This document shows, piece after piece, positions 10,338-21,176 of a stretch of 64,000 nucleotides of DNA. Source of the stretch: Escherichia coli (GTDB lineage Bacteria; Pseudomonadota; Gammaproteobacteria; Enterobacterales; Enterobacteriaceae); NCBI RefSeq assembly GCF_044324785.1, contig NZ_CP172127.1; one strand, written 5' to 3'. Numbering within the stretch: the stretch's first letter is position 1; each line of letters begins with the position of its first letter. The notes below the pieces were generated by a model. That model had not been told where the DNA came from, did no database searches, and saw only the letters and a list, made by a program, of their open reading frames with translations. The position numbers were made by a program, and so were the translations under genes.

Positions 10338-10367
10338 CGCAGTGAGGTGCGTGGTTATTTCAATGGG

Positions 10368-10448
10368 TTAGGCCAGATAAGACACGCCAGCGTCGCATCA
10401 GGCATGGAACACTCGGTGCCGGATGTGGCGTGAATGCTTATCTGTGGC
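10368..10448. repeat. REP/BIME element (two inverted REP units)
   Basis: TTAGGCCAGATAAGACACGCCAGCGTCGCATCAGGCA is reverse complement of REP consensus; second degenerate REP GCCGGATGTGGCGTGAATGCTTATCTG in opposite orientation; between convergent yohF and yohD. Confidence 0.55.
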
Positions 10449-10455
10449 AACTGCT

Positions 10456-11034
10456 TTACGCTTGATTATCCGGCTTTTTCTTCCCGCGCCGTTTCAGCCA
10501 CCAGCGCACGCCTACCACCAGAACCACGACCAGAATCAACCAGACCCAGTGCTTCAAATGCTGGTCGAGATTGTGCAACCATGGCGCAATCACCTGACCA
10601 CCAGCGTAACCGATAGTGGTAAAAATCAACGCCCAGGCAAATGCGCCGAGGATATTCAGTGGCAGAAAGATTTTCGGCGGCAGCTGGCTGGCACCAATCA
10701 GCGTCGGGCCAATCACCCGAAAGCCATACATAAAACGCGTACCAATGACAAACAGATACGGATGGCGCTGGATAAGTTTCTGCGCCCGCTCAATTTTATC
10801 CTGATGTTTCGAGAAACGGCGTAACAGCTTGCCGCCAAACCGCCGCCCGCACAGATAGAGCACCTGGTCGCCAATCATGCCGCCAAGCGCCACAGAAAGT
10901 ACCACCAGCGGGAACTTTAATAGCCCCTGATGTGCCGCAACGCCTCCCAGCAAAGTCACGGTTTCACCTTCCGCCAGGCTACCGATCACCAGCGCGGCAT
11001 AACCATATTGTGAGATGAGTGTATTGAGATCCAT
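10456..11034 (-). CDS. yohD: DedA-family inner membrane protein YohD
   Basis: 192 aa from internal ATG (MDLNTLISQYGYAALVIGSLAEG). Confidence 0.85.
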   Translation of the reverse strand: MDLNTLISQYGYAALVIGSLAEGETVTLLGGVAAHQGLLKFPLVVLSVALGGMIGDQVLYLCGRRFGGKLLRRFSKHQDKIERAQKLIQRHPYLFVIGTRFMYGFRVIGPTLIGASQLPPKIFLPLNILGAFAWALIFTTIGYAGGQVIAPWLHNLDQHLKHWVWLILVVVLVVGVRWWLKRRGKKKPDNQA

Positions 11035-11203
11035 AGGCCAGTCTGTCTCCCTTTGGTTGCCTGTAAGCATACACCCTGTGAATCATTCACGCTGAAAAAG
11101 GACGTACATCAGACGGTGCAAATTACATGGGCGAACAAAAAATAATCACAAGCTGGCTTATACTTGAACTGTCAGGTTCATGAACTCACAACAAGGGGGC
11201 GGT

Positions 11204-11791
11204 ATGAGCCATGTCTGGGGACTGTTTTCCCATCCCGATCGTGAAATGCAGGTGATTAATCGCGAAAACGAAACGATTTCTCACCATTACACCCACCACG
11301 TTTTGCTGATGGCGGCGATTCCGGTGATTTGCGCCTTCATTGGCACCACACAAATTGGCTGGAATTTTGGCGATGGCACTATCCTGAAGTTATCCTGGTT
11401 TACCGGACTGGCGCTGGCTGTCTTGTTTTATGGCGTTATGCTGGCTGGGGTCGCGGTGATGGGGCGGGTCATCTGGTGGATGGCGCGCAATTATCCGCAA
11501 CGTCCATCACTTGCGCACTGCATGGTCTTCGCGGGCTACGTTGCAACTCCGCTGTTTTTAAGCGGTCTGGTGGCGCTTTATCCGCTGGTCTGGTTGTGTG
11601 CGCTGGTCGGCACGGTGGCGCTGTTTTACACCGGCTACCTGCTTTACCTCGGTATTCCGAGCTTCCTGAATATCAACAAAGAGGAAGGCCTTAGCTTCTC
11701 CAGTTCGACGTTGGCGATAGGCGTGCTGGTGCTGGAAGTGCTGCTCGCCCTTACCGTTATACTATGGGGTTACGGTTATCGTTTGTTCTAG
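11204..11791 (+). CDS. yohC: Yip1-family inner membrane protein YohC
   Basis: 195 aa from ATG at 11204 (MSHVWGLFSHPDREMQ). Confidence 0.85.
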   Translation: MSHVWGLFSHPDREMQVINRENETISHHYTHHVLLMAAIPVICAFIGTTQIGWNFGDGTILKLSWFTGLALAVLFYGVMLAGVAVMGRVIWWMARNYPQRPSLAHCMVFAGYVATPLFLSGLVALYPLVWLCALVGTVALFYTGYLLYLGIPSFLNINKEEGLSFSSSTLAIGVLVLEVLLALTVILWGYGYRLF

Positions 11792-11964
11792 AAAGTTCTT
11801 TTGTGTTGCATTGCTGGCGTAAATGTCAGCAATGCAGCATTTCCTCACGATTCTCCTTTGACGATCGCACTTTTTGCTCGTTATGATGGCGTCGCTAGCC
11901 TCAGTAAATCCTTACTCCGGCGGTGCGCAACCTGTGCGCGTGAACCACTATCTGAATGCTCATC

Positions 11965-12897
11965 ATGCCGAAATTTCGAGTTTCTTTATTTAGCCTGGCC
12001 CTGATGCTGGCTGTGCCTTTTGCACCGCAGGCCGTTGCGAAAACGGCAGCCGCTACCACCGCTTCACAGCCGGAAATTGCCTCCGGTAGCGCGATGATTG
12101 TTGATCTGAATACCAACAAAGTGATCTATTCGAACCACCCGGATCTGGTGCGTCCGATTGCGTCTATCAGCAAATTAATGACCGCGATGGTCGTGCTGGA
12201 TGCGCGACTGCCGCTGGATGAAAAACTAAAAGTGGATATCAGCCAGACGCCGGAGATGAAAGGGGTCTATTCGCGCGTACGACTGAATAGCGAAATCAGC
12301 CGTAAAGATATGCTGTTGCTGGCGCTGATGTCTTCAGAAAACCGCGCGGCGGCAAGCCTTGCGCACCATTATCCCGGTGGTTACAAAGCCTTTATTAAGG
12401 CGATGAATGCGAAAGCGAAATCGCTCGGAATGAACAACACGCGCTTTGTTGAACCGACCGGATTGTCGGTGCATAACGTTTCAACCGCCCGTGACTTAAC
12501 CAAACTGCTCATTGCCAGCAAACAATATCCGTTGATCGGGCAGTTAAGTACTACCCGGGAAGATATGGCAACCTTCTCTAACCCGACGTATACGCTGCCG
12601 TTCCGCAATACTAATCATCTGGTGTATCGCGATAACTGGAATATCCAGCTAACCAAAACCGGCTTTACCAATGCGGCGGGCCATTGTCTGGTGATGCGTA
12701 CGGTTATCAATAATAAACCGGTGGCGCTGGTAGTGATGGATGCGTTTGGCAAATATACCCATTTTGCCGATGCCAGCCGCCTGCGTACCTGGATTGAGAC
12801 CGGTAAAGTGATGCCTGTTCCGGCAGCAGCGTTGAGCTATAAAAAACAAAAAGCCGCCCAGATGGCGGCGGCGGGGCAGACGGCGCAGAACGATTAA
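11965..12897 (+). CDS. pbpG: D-alanyl-D-alanine endopeptidase PBP7
   Basis: 310 aa, signal peptide [25 protein letters not shown], SxxK motif SISKLMT. Confidence 0.9.
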
Positions 12898-12904
12898 GTG
12901 AAGT

Positions 12905-12937
12905 ACGGATGGCGATACTCTGCCATCCGTAATTTTT
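12905..12937. terminator. bidirectional rho-independent terminator between convergent pbpG and dld
   Basis: Perfect 9-bp inverted repeat ACGGATGGC...GCCATCCGT followed by AATTTTT. Confidence 0.6.
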
Positions 12938-14651
12938 ACTCCACTTCCTGCCAGTTTTTCCGCTTACTGGTTTTACCGATCCCCGGATTCATACTGTTGG
13001 TCGGATCGTTCTCGCGATAAAACTTCTGCAACGTCTCCGGTGCTTTATACAAATGACCGACGTTATGCTCGGCAGGGTATTGCGCGCCGCGCTGCTGTAG
13101 CAGTTCCAGCATCTGTTCTTTCAACGCATGCACATCCACGCCTTTTTTAACGATGTAATCCTGATGGAAGACATAGCACATAAAATGGCCGTAATAGAGC
13201 TTGTGCACCAGTTGGCTGTCGATCTCCGGCGGTAAATGCTCATACCACTCGGTGTCGTTACGCCGCAGAGCGATATCCAGTGCCAGAATGTCTTCGACTT
13301 CATCGGAATGCACCGCCTGATAACGAATTGCTGCGCCCGCAGCGGCGAAACGGTGTAAAAACGCTTTGCTACCTTCCTCCGGCGTACAGACAAAGAAATC
13401 GCCTTCGGCCTGTTTGAAATAATCCACCAGCCACGATTTGGCTTCACCGACGCCATCGCCCGCCATTTTTAACAGCAGATGATGTTCGTATTTATCGCGC
13501 CAGTTTTTCATGCGCGGCGGTAAATGGCTGGGGAACAGGTGACCGAATTTTTGCATCGCACGGTCGGTAAAATGCGGACGGAAGAATTTCACTTTCTCCA
13601 GCATCGCATCGGTGCGCCCCTTGAGATTAAAGAAGAACGGCATCTTGTCGGTGCCTAACTTATCAATCATCAGGAAGGTGTCTTTGCCGTATTTTTCCGC
13701 AATATCGTAGATATCCCGGTGCATATATTCCCCGGCAACCGGCAGATTTTCGAAATTAGCCAGAATATGACGGCGGATTTCTGTCAGTACTTCCGGCTGG
13801 TTGGTGCCGATATAAAACACCTGCTGATTTTTTTCCGCTTCGAAGGTATCAAGACGTACCGCAAAGACGGCCAGCTTCCCGGCGCAACCAGAAGATTCAA
13901 ATAACCGATCCGGATCGGCGTTATAACGTGCGGGCGTGTCGGCTTCAATATCACGAACGCGGTGGACATAGTCATAATCGTGGGCGTGACGACCATCGTG
14001 GCGCACATCGTCATCTTTGATGCGATCGTCATCCAGCTTGCTAAGGATCTGCTCCGGCGTTTCGCCCAGATCAATCCCCAGATGGTTCACCAGCGTCAGT
14101 TTGCCGTCTTCATTTATACGCGCGAATAACGACATTTCGGTATACGCCGGGCCACGCTGCACCAGCGAGCCGCCGGAGTTGTTACAAATACCGCCGATGA
14201 CCGATGCGCCTATACACGATGATCCAATCACCGAGTGCGGTTCGCGTCCCAGCGGTTTGAGGGCTTTTTCCAGCGAATAAAGCGTGGTGCCCGGGTAGGC
14301 CAGCACCTGTTCGCCCTTGCCGAGAACGTGCAGCTTGTCGAGACGCAGGGTGCTGATGATCACGATATCGCGATCATAGTCGTTACCGTTTGGCGTCGAT
14401 CCTTCGGTCAGGCCTGTATTGGCAGCCTGCATCAGAATAATTTTGTCGGCGGTGACGCAGGCTTTCAGCACCCGCCACAATTCCAGTAGTGAGCCAGGGA
14501 AAACGACAGCCAGCGCGTCGCCCTGACCAGAACGGAAGCCCTTGCGATAGCGGGCCGTTTTTGCGGGATCGGTGAGCAGGTGTGAATGACCGACCAGACG
14601 GGCAAGTTCATTCAAAAAGGCTTTATTATCAGTTGTTGTCATGGAAGACAT
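12936..14651 (-). CDS. dld: FAD-dependent D-lactate dehydrogenase
   Basis: 571 aa from internal ATG (MSSMTTTDNKAFLNELARLVG). Confidence 0.9.
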   Translation of the reverse strand: MSSMTTTDNKAFLNELARLVGHSHLLTDPAKTARYRKGFRSGQGDALAVVFPGSLLELWRVLKACVTADKIILMQAANTGLTEGSTPNGNDYDRDIVIISTLRLDKLHVLGKGEQVLAYPGTTLYSLEKALKPLGREPHSVIGSSCIGASVIGGICNNSGGSLVQRGPAYTEMSLFARINEDGKLTLVNHLGIDLGETPEQILSKLDDDRIKDDDVRHDGRHAHDYDYVHRVRDIEADTPARYNADPDRLFESSGCAGKLAVFAVRLDTFEAEKNQQVFYIGTNQPEVLTEIRRHILANFENLPVAGEYMHRDIYDIAEKYGKDTFLMIDKLGTDKMPFFFNLKGRTDAMLEKVKFFRPHFTDRAMQKFGHLFPSHLPPRMKNWRDKYEHHLLLKMAGDGVGEAKSWLVDYFKQAEGDFFVCTPEEGSKAFLHRFAAAGAAIRYQAVHSDEVEDILALDIALRRNDTEWYEHLPPEIDSQLVHKLYYGHFMCYVFHQDYIVKKGVDVHALKEQMLELLQQRGAQYPAEHNVGHLYKAPETLQKFYRENDPTNSMNPGIGKTSKRKNWQEVE

Positions 14652-14846
14652 TTTCCACTCCTTGTGGTGGCGAAAAAATATCACAAACTAGAATAGCGCC
14701 TTGTATGACAATTCAGCGAGTGAATATTTTGAAAATTCAGACAATAAACTGAGCATTCTTTTTCTCTCTCCACCATGCTTATGGCAAACTACGGTTTTTG
14801 CACCATTTTCGCTGCCACGTCGGGCAACAAAGGAAGAAAAATCCAT

Positions 14847-17144
14847 ATGAAATGGCTATGTTCAGTAGGAATCGCGGTGAGTCTGGCCCTGCAGCCAGCA
14901 CTGGCGGATGATTTATTCGGTAACCATCCATTAACGCCTGAAGCGCGGGATGCGTTCGTCACCGAACTGCTTAAGAAAATGACAGTTGATGAGAAAATTG
15001 GTCAGCTGCGCTTAATCAGCGTCGGCCCGGATAACCCGAAAGAGGCGATCCGCGAGATGATCAAAGACGGTCAGGTTGGGGCGATTTTCAACACCGTAAC
15101 CCGTCAGGATATCCGCGCCATGCAGGATCAGGTGATGGAATTAAGCCGCCTGAAAATTCCTCTTTTCTTTGCTTACGACGTGCTGCACGGTCAGCGCACG
15201 GTGTTCCCGATTAGCCTCGGTCTGGCCTCGTCTTTTAACCTCGATGCGGTGAAAACGGTCGGACGTGTCTCTGCTTATGAAGCGGCAGATGATGGCCTGA
15301 ATATGACCTGGGCACCAATGGTCGATGTTTCGCGCGATCCGCGCTGGGGACGTGCTTCCGAAGGTTTTGGCGAAGATACGTATCTCACCTCAATAATGGG
15401 TAAAACCATGGTGGAAGCGATGCAGGGTAAAAGCCCGGCAGATCGCTACTCAGTGATGACCAGCGTCAAACACTTTGCCGCTTACGGCGCGGTAGAAGGC
15501 GGTAAAGAGTACAACACCGTCGATATGAGTCCGCAGCGCCTGTTTAATGATTATATGCCGCCGTACAAAGCGGGGCTGGACGCAGGCAGCGGCGCGGTGA
15601 TGGTGGCGCTGAACTCGCTGAACGGCACGCCAGCCACCTCCGACTCCTGGCTGCTGAAAGATGTTCTGCGCGACCAGTGGGGCTTTAAAGGCATCACCGT
15701 TTCCGATCACGGCGCAATCAAAGAGCTGATTAAACATGGCACGGCGGCAGACCCGGAAGATGCGGTGCGCGTGGCGCTGAAATCCGGCATCAACATGAGT
15801 ATGAGCGACGAGTATTACTCGAAGTATCTGCCTGGGTTGATCAAATCCGGCAAAGTGACGATGGCAGAGCTGGACGACGCTGCCCGCCATGTACTGAACG
15901 TTAAATATGATATGGGGTTGTTTAACGACCCATACAGCCATTTGGGGCCGAAAGAGTCTGACCCGGTTGACACCAATGCCGAAAGCCGCTTGCACCGCAA
16001 AGAAGCACGTGAAGTGGCGCGTGAAAGCCTGGTGTTGCTGAAAAACCGTCTCGAAACGCTGCCGCTGAAAAAATCTGCAACCATTGCGGTGGTTGGCCCG
16101 CTGGCAGACAGCAAGCGTGACGTGATGGGTAGCTGGTCCGCAGCCGGTGTCGCCGATCAATCTGTTACTGTGCTAACAGGGATTAAAAATGCCGTCGGTG
16201 AAAACGGTAAAGTGCTGTATGCCAAAGGGGCGAACGTTACCAGTGACAAAGGCATTATCGATTTCCTGAATCAGTATGAAGAAGCGGTCAAAGTCGATCC
16301 GCGTTCGCCGCAAGAGATGATTGATGAAGCGGTGCAGACCGCGAAACAATCTGATGTGGTGGTGGCTGTGGTCGGTGAAGCTCAGGGGATGGCGCACGAG
16401 GCTTCCAGCCGTACCGATATTACTATTCCGCAAAGCCAACGTGACTTGATTGCGGCGCTGAAAGCCACTGGTAAACCGCTGGTTCTGGTGCTGATGAATG
16501 GGCGTCCGCTGGCGCTGGTGAAAGAAGATCAGCAGGCTGATGCGATTCTGGAAACCTGGTTTGCGGGTACGGAAGGGGGTAATGCGATTGCCGATGTATT
16601 GTTTGGCGATTACAACCCGTCCGGCAAGCTGCCGATGTCCTTCCCGCGTTCTGTCGGGCAGATCCCGGTGTACTACAGTCATCTGAATACCGGTCGCCCG
16701 TATAATGCCGACAAGCCGAACAAATACACTTCGCGTTATTTTGATGAAGCTAACGGGGCGCTTTATCCGTTCGGCTATGGTCTGAGCTATACCACTTTCA
16801 CCGTCTCTGATGTGAAACTTTCTGCGCCGACCATGAAGCGTGACGGCAAAGTGACCGCCAGCGTGCAGGTGACGAACACCGGTAAGCGCGAAGGGGCGAC
16901 GGTAGTGCAGATGTACCTGCAGGATGTGACGGCTTCTATGAGTCGCCCGGTGAAACAACTGAAAGGTTTTGAGAAAATCACCCTGAAACCGGGCGAAACT
17001 CAGACCGTCAGCTTCCCGATTGATATCGAGGCGCTGAAGTTCTGGAATCAACAGATGAAATATGACGCCGAGCCTGGCAAGTTCAATGTCTTTATCGGCA
17101 CTGATTCCGCACGCGTTAAGAAAGGCGAGTTTGAGTTGCTGTAA
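14847..17144 (+). CDS. bglX: periplasmic beta-glucosidase (GH3)
   Basis: 765 aa from ATG at 14847 (MKWLCSVGIAVSLALQPALA signal peptide). Confidence 0.9.
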   Translation: MKWLCSVGIAVSLALQPALADDLFGNHPLTPEARDAFVTELLKKMTVDEKIGQLRLISVGPDNPKEAIREMIKDGQVGAIFNTVTRQDIRAMQDQVMELSRLKIPLFFAYDVLHGQRTVFPISLGLASSFNLDAVKTVGRVSAYEAADDGLNMTWAPMVDVSRDPRWGRASEGFGEDTYLTSIMGKTMVEAMQGKSPADRYSVMTSVKHFAAYGAVEGGKEYNTVDMSPQRLFNDYMPPYKAGLDAGSGAVMVALNSLNGTPATSDSWLLKDVLRDQWGFKGITVSDHGAIKELIKHGTAADPEDAVRVALKSGINMSMSDEYYSKYLPGLIKSGKVTMAELDDAARHVLNVKYDMGLFNDPYSHLGPKESDPVDTNAESRLHRKEAREVARESLVLLKNRLETLPLKKSATIAVVGPLADSKRDVMGSWSAAGVADQSVTVLTGIKNAVGENGKVLYAKGANVTSDKGIIDFLNQYEEAVKVDPRSPQEMIDEAVQTAKQSDVVVAVVGEAQGMAHEASSRTDITIPQSQRDLIAALKATGKPLVLVLMNGRPLALVKEDQQADAILETWFAGTEGGNAIADVLFGDYNPSGKLPMSFPRSVGQIPVYYSHLNTGRPYNADKPNKYTSRYFDEANGALYPFGYGLSYTTFTVSDVKLSAPTMKRDGKVTASVQVTNTGKREGATVVQMYLQDVTASMSRPVKQLKGFEKITLKPGETQTVSFPIDIEALKFWNQQMKYDAEPGKFNVFIGTDSARVKKGEFELL

Positions 17145-17153
17145 TGCTTTAGT

Positions 17154-17177
17154 AAGGGCGCGACGTCTGCGCCCTTT
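17154..17177 (+). terminator. rho-independent terminator downstream of bglX
   Basis: GGGCGC...GCGCCC stem followed by TTT. Confidence 0.5.
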
Positions 17178-17292
17178 AAGTATTTATCTGATTCTGCAAC
17201 TGAATCCGCCCAGACAGGCTAACCCTGTCATTATCAACTATGCTTTTCTCTTAATTCGCTGAAAACAACAGTAAAAGAATGAGGAAAGCATC

Positions 17293-18210
17293 ATGCCACT
17301 CTCAAAGCTCTGGGCAGGTTCATTGGTTTTGTTGGCAGCCGTGAGCCTGCCGCTACAGGCGGCTTCCCCCGTTAAGGTCGGTTCAAAAATCGATACCGAA
17401 GGCGCGCTGCTCGGCAACATTATTTTGCAAGTGCTGGAAAGCCACGGCGTACCAACGGTCAATAAAGTGCAACTTGGAACGACTCCTGTGGTGCGCGGGG
17501 CGATCACTTCCGGTGAACTGGATATCTATCCGGAATATACCGGCAATGGGGCGTTCTTCTTTAAAGATGAAAACGATGCTGCGTGGAAAAATGCCGGGCA
17601 AGGCTACGAGAAAGTCAAAAAGCTCGATGCAGAGCAAAACAAGTTAATCTGGCTGACGCCTGCGCCTGCAAATAACACCTGGACCATCGCCGTGCGTCAG
17701 GATGTGGCAGAGAAAAACAAACTCACTTCGCTTGCTGACCTGAGTCGTTATCTGAAAGACGGTGGCACCTTCAAACTGGCTGCCTCAGCAGAATTTATTG
17801 AACGCGCCGATGCGTTACCCGCGTTTGAAAAAGCCTATGGCTTTAAGCTCGGTCAGGATCAGTTGCTGTCACTGGCTGGTGGCGATACGGCAGTGACGAT
17901 CAAAGCCGCTGCTCAGCAAACCTCTGGCGTTAATGCCGCAATGGCTTACGGTACCGACGGTCCGGTCGCGGCGCTGGGGCTGCAAACTTTAAGCGATCCG
18001 CAAGGCGTGCAACCTATCTACGCGCCTGCACCAGTGGTGCGTGAGTCGGTGTTGAAGGAGTATCCGCAAATGGCACAGTGGCTACAGCCAGTCTTCGCCA
18101 GCCTCGATGAAAAAACATTGCAGCAACTGAATGCCAGCATTGCTGTGGAAGGACTGTATGCCAAAAAAGTGGCTGCCGACTACCTGAAACAAAAAGGGTG
18201 GACGAAGTAA
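17293..18210 (+). CDS. osmF: glycine-betaine/osmoprotectant ABC transporter periplasmic binding protein
   Basis: 305-aa ORF with signal peptide; first gene of yehZYXW ABC operon. Confidence 0.85.
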   Translation: MPLSKLWAGSLVLLAAVSLPLQAASPVKVGSKIDTEGALLGNIILQVLESHGVPTVNKVQLGTTPVVRGAITSGELDIYPEYTGNGAFFFKDENDAAWKNAGQGYEKVKKLDAEQNKLIWLTPAPANNTWTIAVRQDVAEKNKLTSLADLSRYLKDGGTFKLAASAEFIERADALPAFEKAYGFKLGQDQLLSLAGGDTAVTIKAAAQQTSGVNAAMAYGTDGPVAALGLQTLSDPQGVQPIYAPAPVVRESVLKEYPQMAQWLQPVFASLDEKTLQQLNASIAVEGLYAKKVAADYLKQKGWTK

Positions 18211-18216
18211 TTTCCC

Positions 18217-19374
18217 GTGACTTATTTCCGTATTAATCCTGTTCTGGCGCTGCTGCTGTTGCTGACGGCAATCGCAGCGGCGCTGCCGTTTATCAGTTAC
18301 GCGCCTAATCGTTTAGTTTCGGGTGAGGGGCGTCATCTCTGGCAGCTGTGGCCGCAAACGATCTGGATGCTGGTGGGCGTTGGTTGCGCCTGGATGACAG
18401 CCTGTTTTATTCCCGCTAAAAAAGGCAGCATTTTTGCACTCATTCTGGCGCAATTCGTCTTCGTATTGCTGGTGTGGGGAGCAGGAAAGGCGGCGACACA
18501 ACTGGCACAAAATGGCAGTGCGCTGGCGCGTACCAGCCTCGGCAGTGGTTTCTGGCTGGCTGCGGCGCTGGCATTGCTGGCCTGTAGCGATGCCATCCGC
18601 CGAATCTCCACGCATCCGCTGTGGCGCTGGTTGTTGCATATGCAGATTGCCATCATTCCGCTGTGGTTGCTGTACTCCGGCACGCTTAACGATCTCTCGC
18701 TAATGAAAGAATACGCCAACCGTCAGGATGTGTTTGACGACGCGCTGGCACAACATCTGACGTTGCTGTTTGGTGCGGTGCTGCCTGCGTTAGTGATTGG
18801 TGTGCCGTTGGGCATCTGGTGCTACTTTTCCACCGCGCGGCAGGGGGCGATTTTTTCTCTGCTCAATGTCATTCAGACCGTGCCTTCGGTGGCGCTCTTT
18901 GGCCTGTTGATTGCGCCGCTTGCCTCGCTGGTTACGGCCTTTCCGTGGCTGGGTAAGCTCGGCATAGCAGGAACCGGAATGACACCCGCACTGATTGCGC
19001 TGGTGCTCTATGCCTTGCTGCCGCTGGTGCGCGGCGTGGTAGTCGGCTTGAACCAGATCCCGCGCGATGTGCTGGAGAGCGCCAGAGCGATGGGCATGAG
19101 CGGGGCGCAGCGATTCCTGCATGTTCAGTTACCGCTGGCGTTACCGGTATTTCTGCGTAGCCTGCGGGTAGTGATGGTGCAAACCGTCGGCATGGCGGTG
19201 ATTGCGGCGTTAATCGGTGCAGGCGGTTTTGGGGCGCTGGTTTTCCAGGGGCTGCTAAGCAGCGCCATTGATTTAGTATTGCTGGGGGTGATCCCGGTAA
19301 TTGTTCTGGCGGTGCTGATCGATGCGCTGTTCGATTTGCTTATCGCACTGCTGAAGGTGAAACGTAATGATTGA
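18217..19374 (+). CDS. yehY: osmoprotectant ABC transporter permease
   Basis: 385-aa polytopic membrane ORF; gene order. Confidence 0.85.
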   Translation: MTYFRINPVLALLLLLTAIAAALPFISYAPNRLVSGEGRHLWQLWPQTIWMLVGVGCAWMTACFIPAKKGSIFALILAQFVFVLLVWGAGKAATQLAQNGSALARTSLGSGFWLAAALALLACSDAIRRISTHPLWRWLLHMQIAIIPLWLLYSGTLNDLSLMKEYANRQDVFDDALAQHLTLLFGAVLPALVIGVPLGIWCYFSTARQGAIFSLLNVIQTVPSVALFGLLIAPLASLVTAFPWLGKLGIAGTGMTPALIALVLYALLPLVRGVVVGLNQIPRDVLESARAMGMSGAQRFLHVQLPLALPVFLRSLRVVMVQTVGMAVIAALIGAGGFGALVFQGLLSSAIDLVLLGVIPVIVLAVLIDALFDLLIALLKVKRND

Positions 19375-20293
19375 ATTTAGCCATGTCAGCAAACTGTTCG
19401 GCGCACAAAAAGCCGTTAACGATCTCAATCTCAATTTTCAGGAAGGGAGTTTTTCGGTGCTGATTGGTACATCAGGCTCCGGTAAATCCACCACTCTGAA
19501 AATGATTAACCGCCTGGTGGAGCATGACAGTGGCGTGATCCGCTTTGCCGGAGAAGAAATTCGCTCGCTGCCAGTGCTGGAGTTGCGCCGCCGGATGGGC
19601 TATGCCATTCAATCTATTGGCCTGTTTCCCCACTGGAGCGTGGCGCAAAATATTGCCACCGTGCCGCAATTACAAAAATGGTCACGGGCGCGGATCGACG
19701 ATCGTATCGACGAATTAATGGCGCTACTGGGGTTGGAGCCAAATTTGCGTGAGCGTTATCCGCATCAGCTTTCCGGTGGTCAGCAGCAACGTGTGGGAGT
19801 GGCGCGCGCACTGGCTGCCGATCCGCAAGTCTTACTGATGGATGAACCTTTTGGCGCACTGGACCCGGTAACGCGCGGCGCGTTGCAACAAGAGATGACG
19901 CGCATTCACCGTTTGCTGGGGCGCACTATTGTGCTGGTCACTCATGATATTGATGAGGCGCTACGGCTGGCAGAACATCTGGTATTGATGGATCACGGTG
20001 AAGTGGTGCAGCAGGGCAATCCGCTGACGATGCTGACTCGTCCGGCGAATGATTTTGTCCGCCAGTTTTTTGGGCATAGTGAACTGGGTGTCCGCCTGCT
20101 TTCGTTACGTAGTGTGGCGGATTACGTGCGTCGCGAAGAACGGGCAGAAGGTGAGGCACTGGCAGAAGAGATGACGCTACGCGATGCGCTCTCCCTGTTT
20201 GTCGCGCGGGGATGCGAGGTGCTGCCGGTGGTGAACACGCAGGGCCAGCCTTGCGGCACGCTGCATTTTCAGGATCTACTGGTGGAGGCGTAA
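19367..20293 (+). CDS. yehX: osmoprotectant ABC transporter ATP-binding protein
   Basis: Walker [13 protein letters not shown] signature LSGGQQQR, Walker B LLMDEP; overlaps yehY stop by 8 nt. Confidence 0.9.
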   Translation: MIEFSHVSKLFGAQKAVNDLNLNFQEGSFSVLIGTSGSGKSTTLKMINRLVEHDSGVIRFAGEEIRSLPVLELRRRMGYAIQSIGLFPHWSVAQNIATVPQLQKWSRARIDDRIDELMALLGLEPNLRERYPHQLSGGQQQRVGVARALAADPQVLLMDEPFGALDPVTRGALQQEMTRIHRLLGRTIVLVTHDIDEALRLAEHLVLMDHGEVVQQGNPLTMLTRPANDFVRQFFGHSELGVRLLSLRSVADYVRREERAEGEALAEEMTLRDALSLFVARGCEVLPVVNTQGQPCGTLHFQDLLVEA

Positions 20294-20297
20294 GCGT

Positions 20298-21029
20298 ATG
20301 AAGATGTTGCGCGATCCGCTGTTCTGGCTCATTGCTTTGTTTGTGGCACTGATTTTCTGGCTGCCTTACAGCCAGCCGCTGTTTGCTGCCTTGTTCCCAC
20401 AACTGCCACGACCCGTTTATCAGCAGGAAAGCTTTGCAGCTCTGGCACTGGCTCATTTCTGGCTGGTGGGAATTTCGAGTTTGTTTGCGGTGATCATTGG
20501 CACTGGTGCAGGAATTATTGTTACTCGCCCGTGGGGCGCGGAATTTCGCCCACTGGTGGAAACTATTGCCGCCGTTGGGCAGACTTTTCCGCCCGTCGCG
20601 GTGCTGGCGATTGCCGTTCCGGTGATTGGGTTTGGTCTGCAACCCGCGATTATCGCCTTGATCCTTTACGGTGTGCTGCCCGTCCTACAGGCGACACTTG
20701 CCGGGCTGGGAGCGATTGATGCCAGCGTGACAGAAGTTGCGAAAGGTATGGGAATGAGTCGAGGTCAGCGACTGCGTAAGGTCGAGCTACCGCTGGCGGC
20801 TCCGGTGATTCTGGCGGGCGTGCGAACTTCGGTGATTATCAACATTGGTACGGCGACGATCGCCTCAACGGTAGGGGCCAGCACGCTGGGTATGCCCATC
20901 ATCATCGGGCTTAGCGGATTTAATACCGCGTATGTGATCCAGGGGGCGTTACTGGTGGCACTGGCGGCGATCATTGCAGACCGCCTGTTTGAAAGGCTGG
21001 TGCAGGCGCTTAGCCAGCACGCAAAATAA
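20298..21029 (+). CDS. yehW: osmoprotectant ABC transporter permease
   Basis: 243-aa membrane ORF directly after yehX. Confidence 0.85.
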
Positions 21030-21117
21030 AGGTATAACCTGCGAGCATGACGCCACCAATTCCGCCTAACGCCATAAACAGGAACAGGGCGATGACCCCA
21101 ATTTTAGCTATGCGCAT
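21010..21117 (-). CDS. yohO: small membrane protein YohO (35 aa)
   Basis: Manual translation of minus strand: [35 protein letters not shown]; 3' end overlaps yehW 3' end by 20 nt. Confidence 0.8.
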
Positions 21118-21176
21118 AATGCACTCCTTATGTTAACGAAAGGATTGTACAGTAAAGCGCATTTGTTAACGAATCA

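Noticed and set aside
10423-10824. 133-aa plus-strand ORF antisense to yohD
   Set aside because: Entirely within yohD on the opposite strand; yohD is the supported gene.
15450-17051. Long antisense ORFs opposite bglX (236 aa and 292 aa); similar ones opposite yehX/yehW (19938-20642), yehM (30495-30884), yehL (31203-32288), metG (41471-43042), yehQ (26114-26500)
   Set aside because: Shadow ORFs on the opposite strand of well-supported genes; no independent support.
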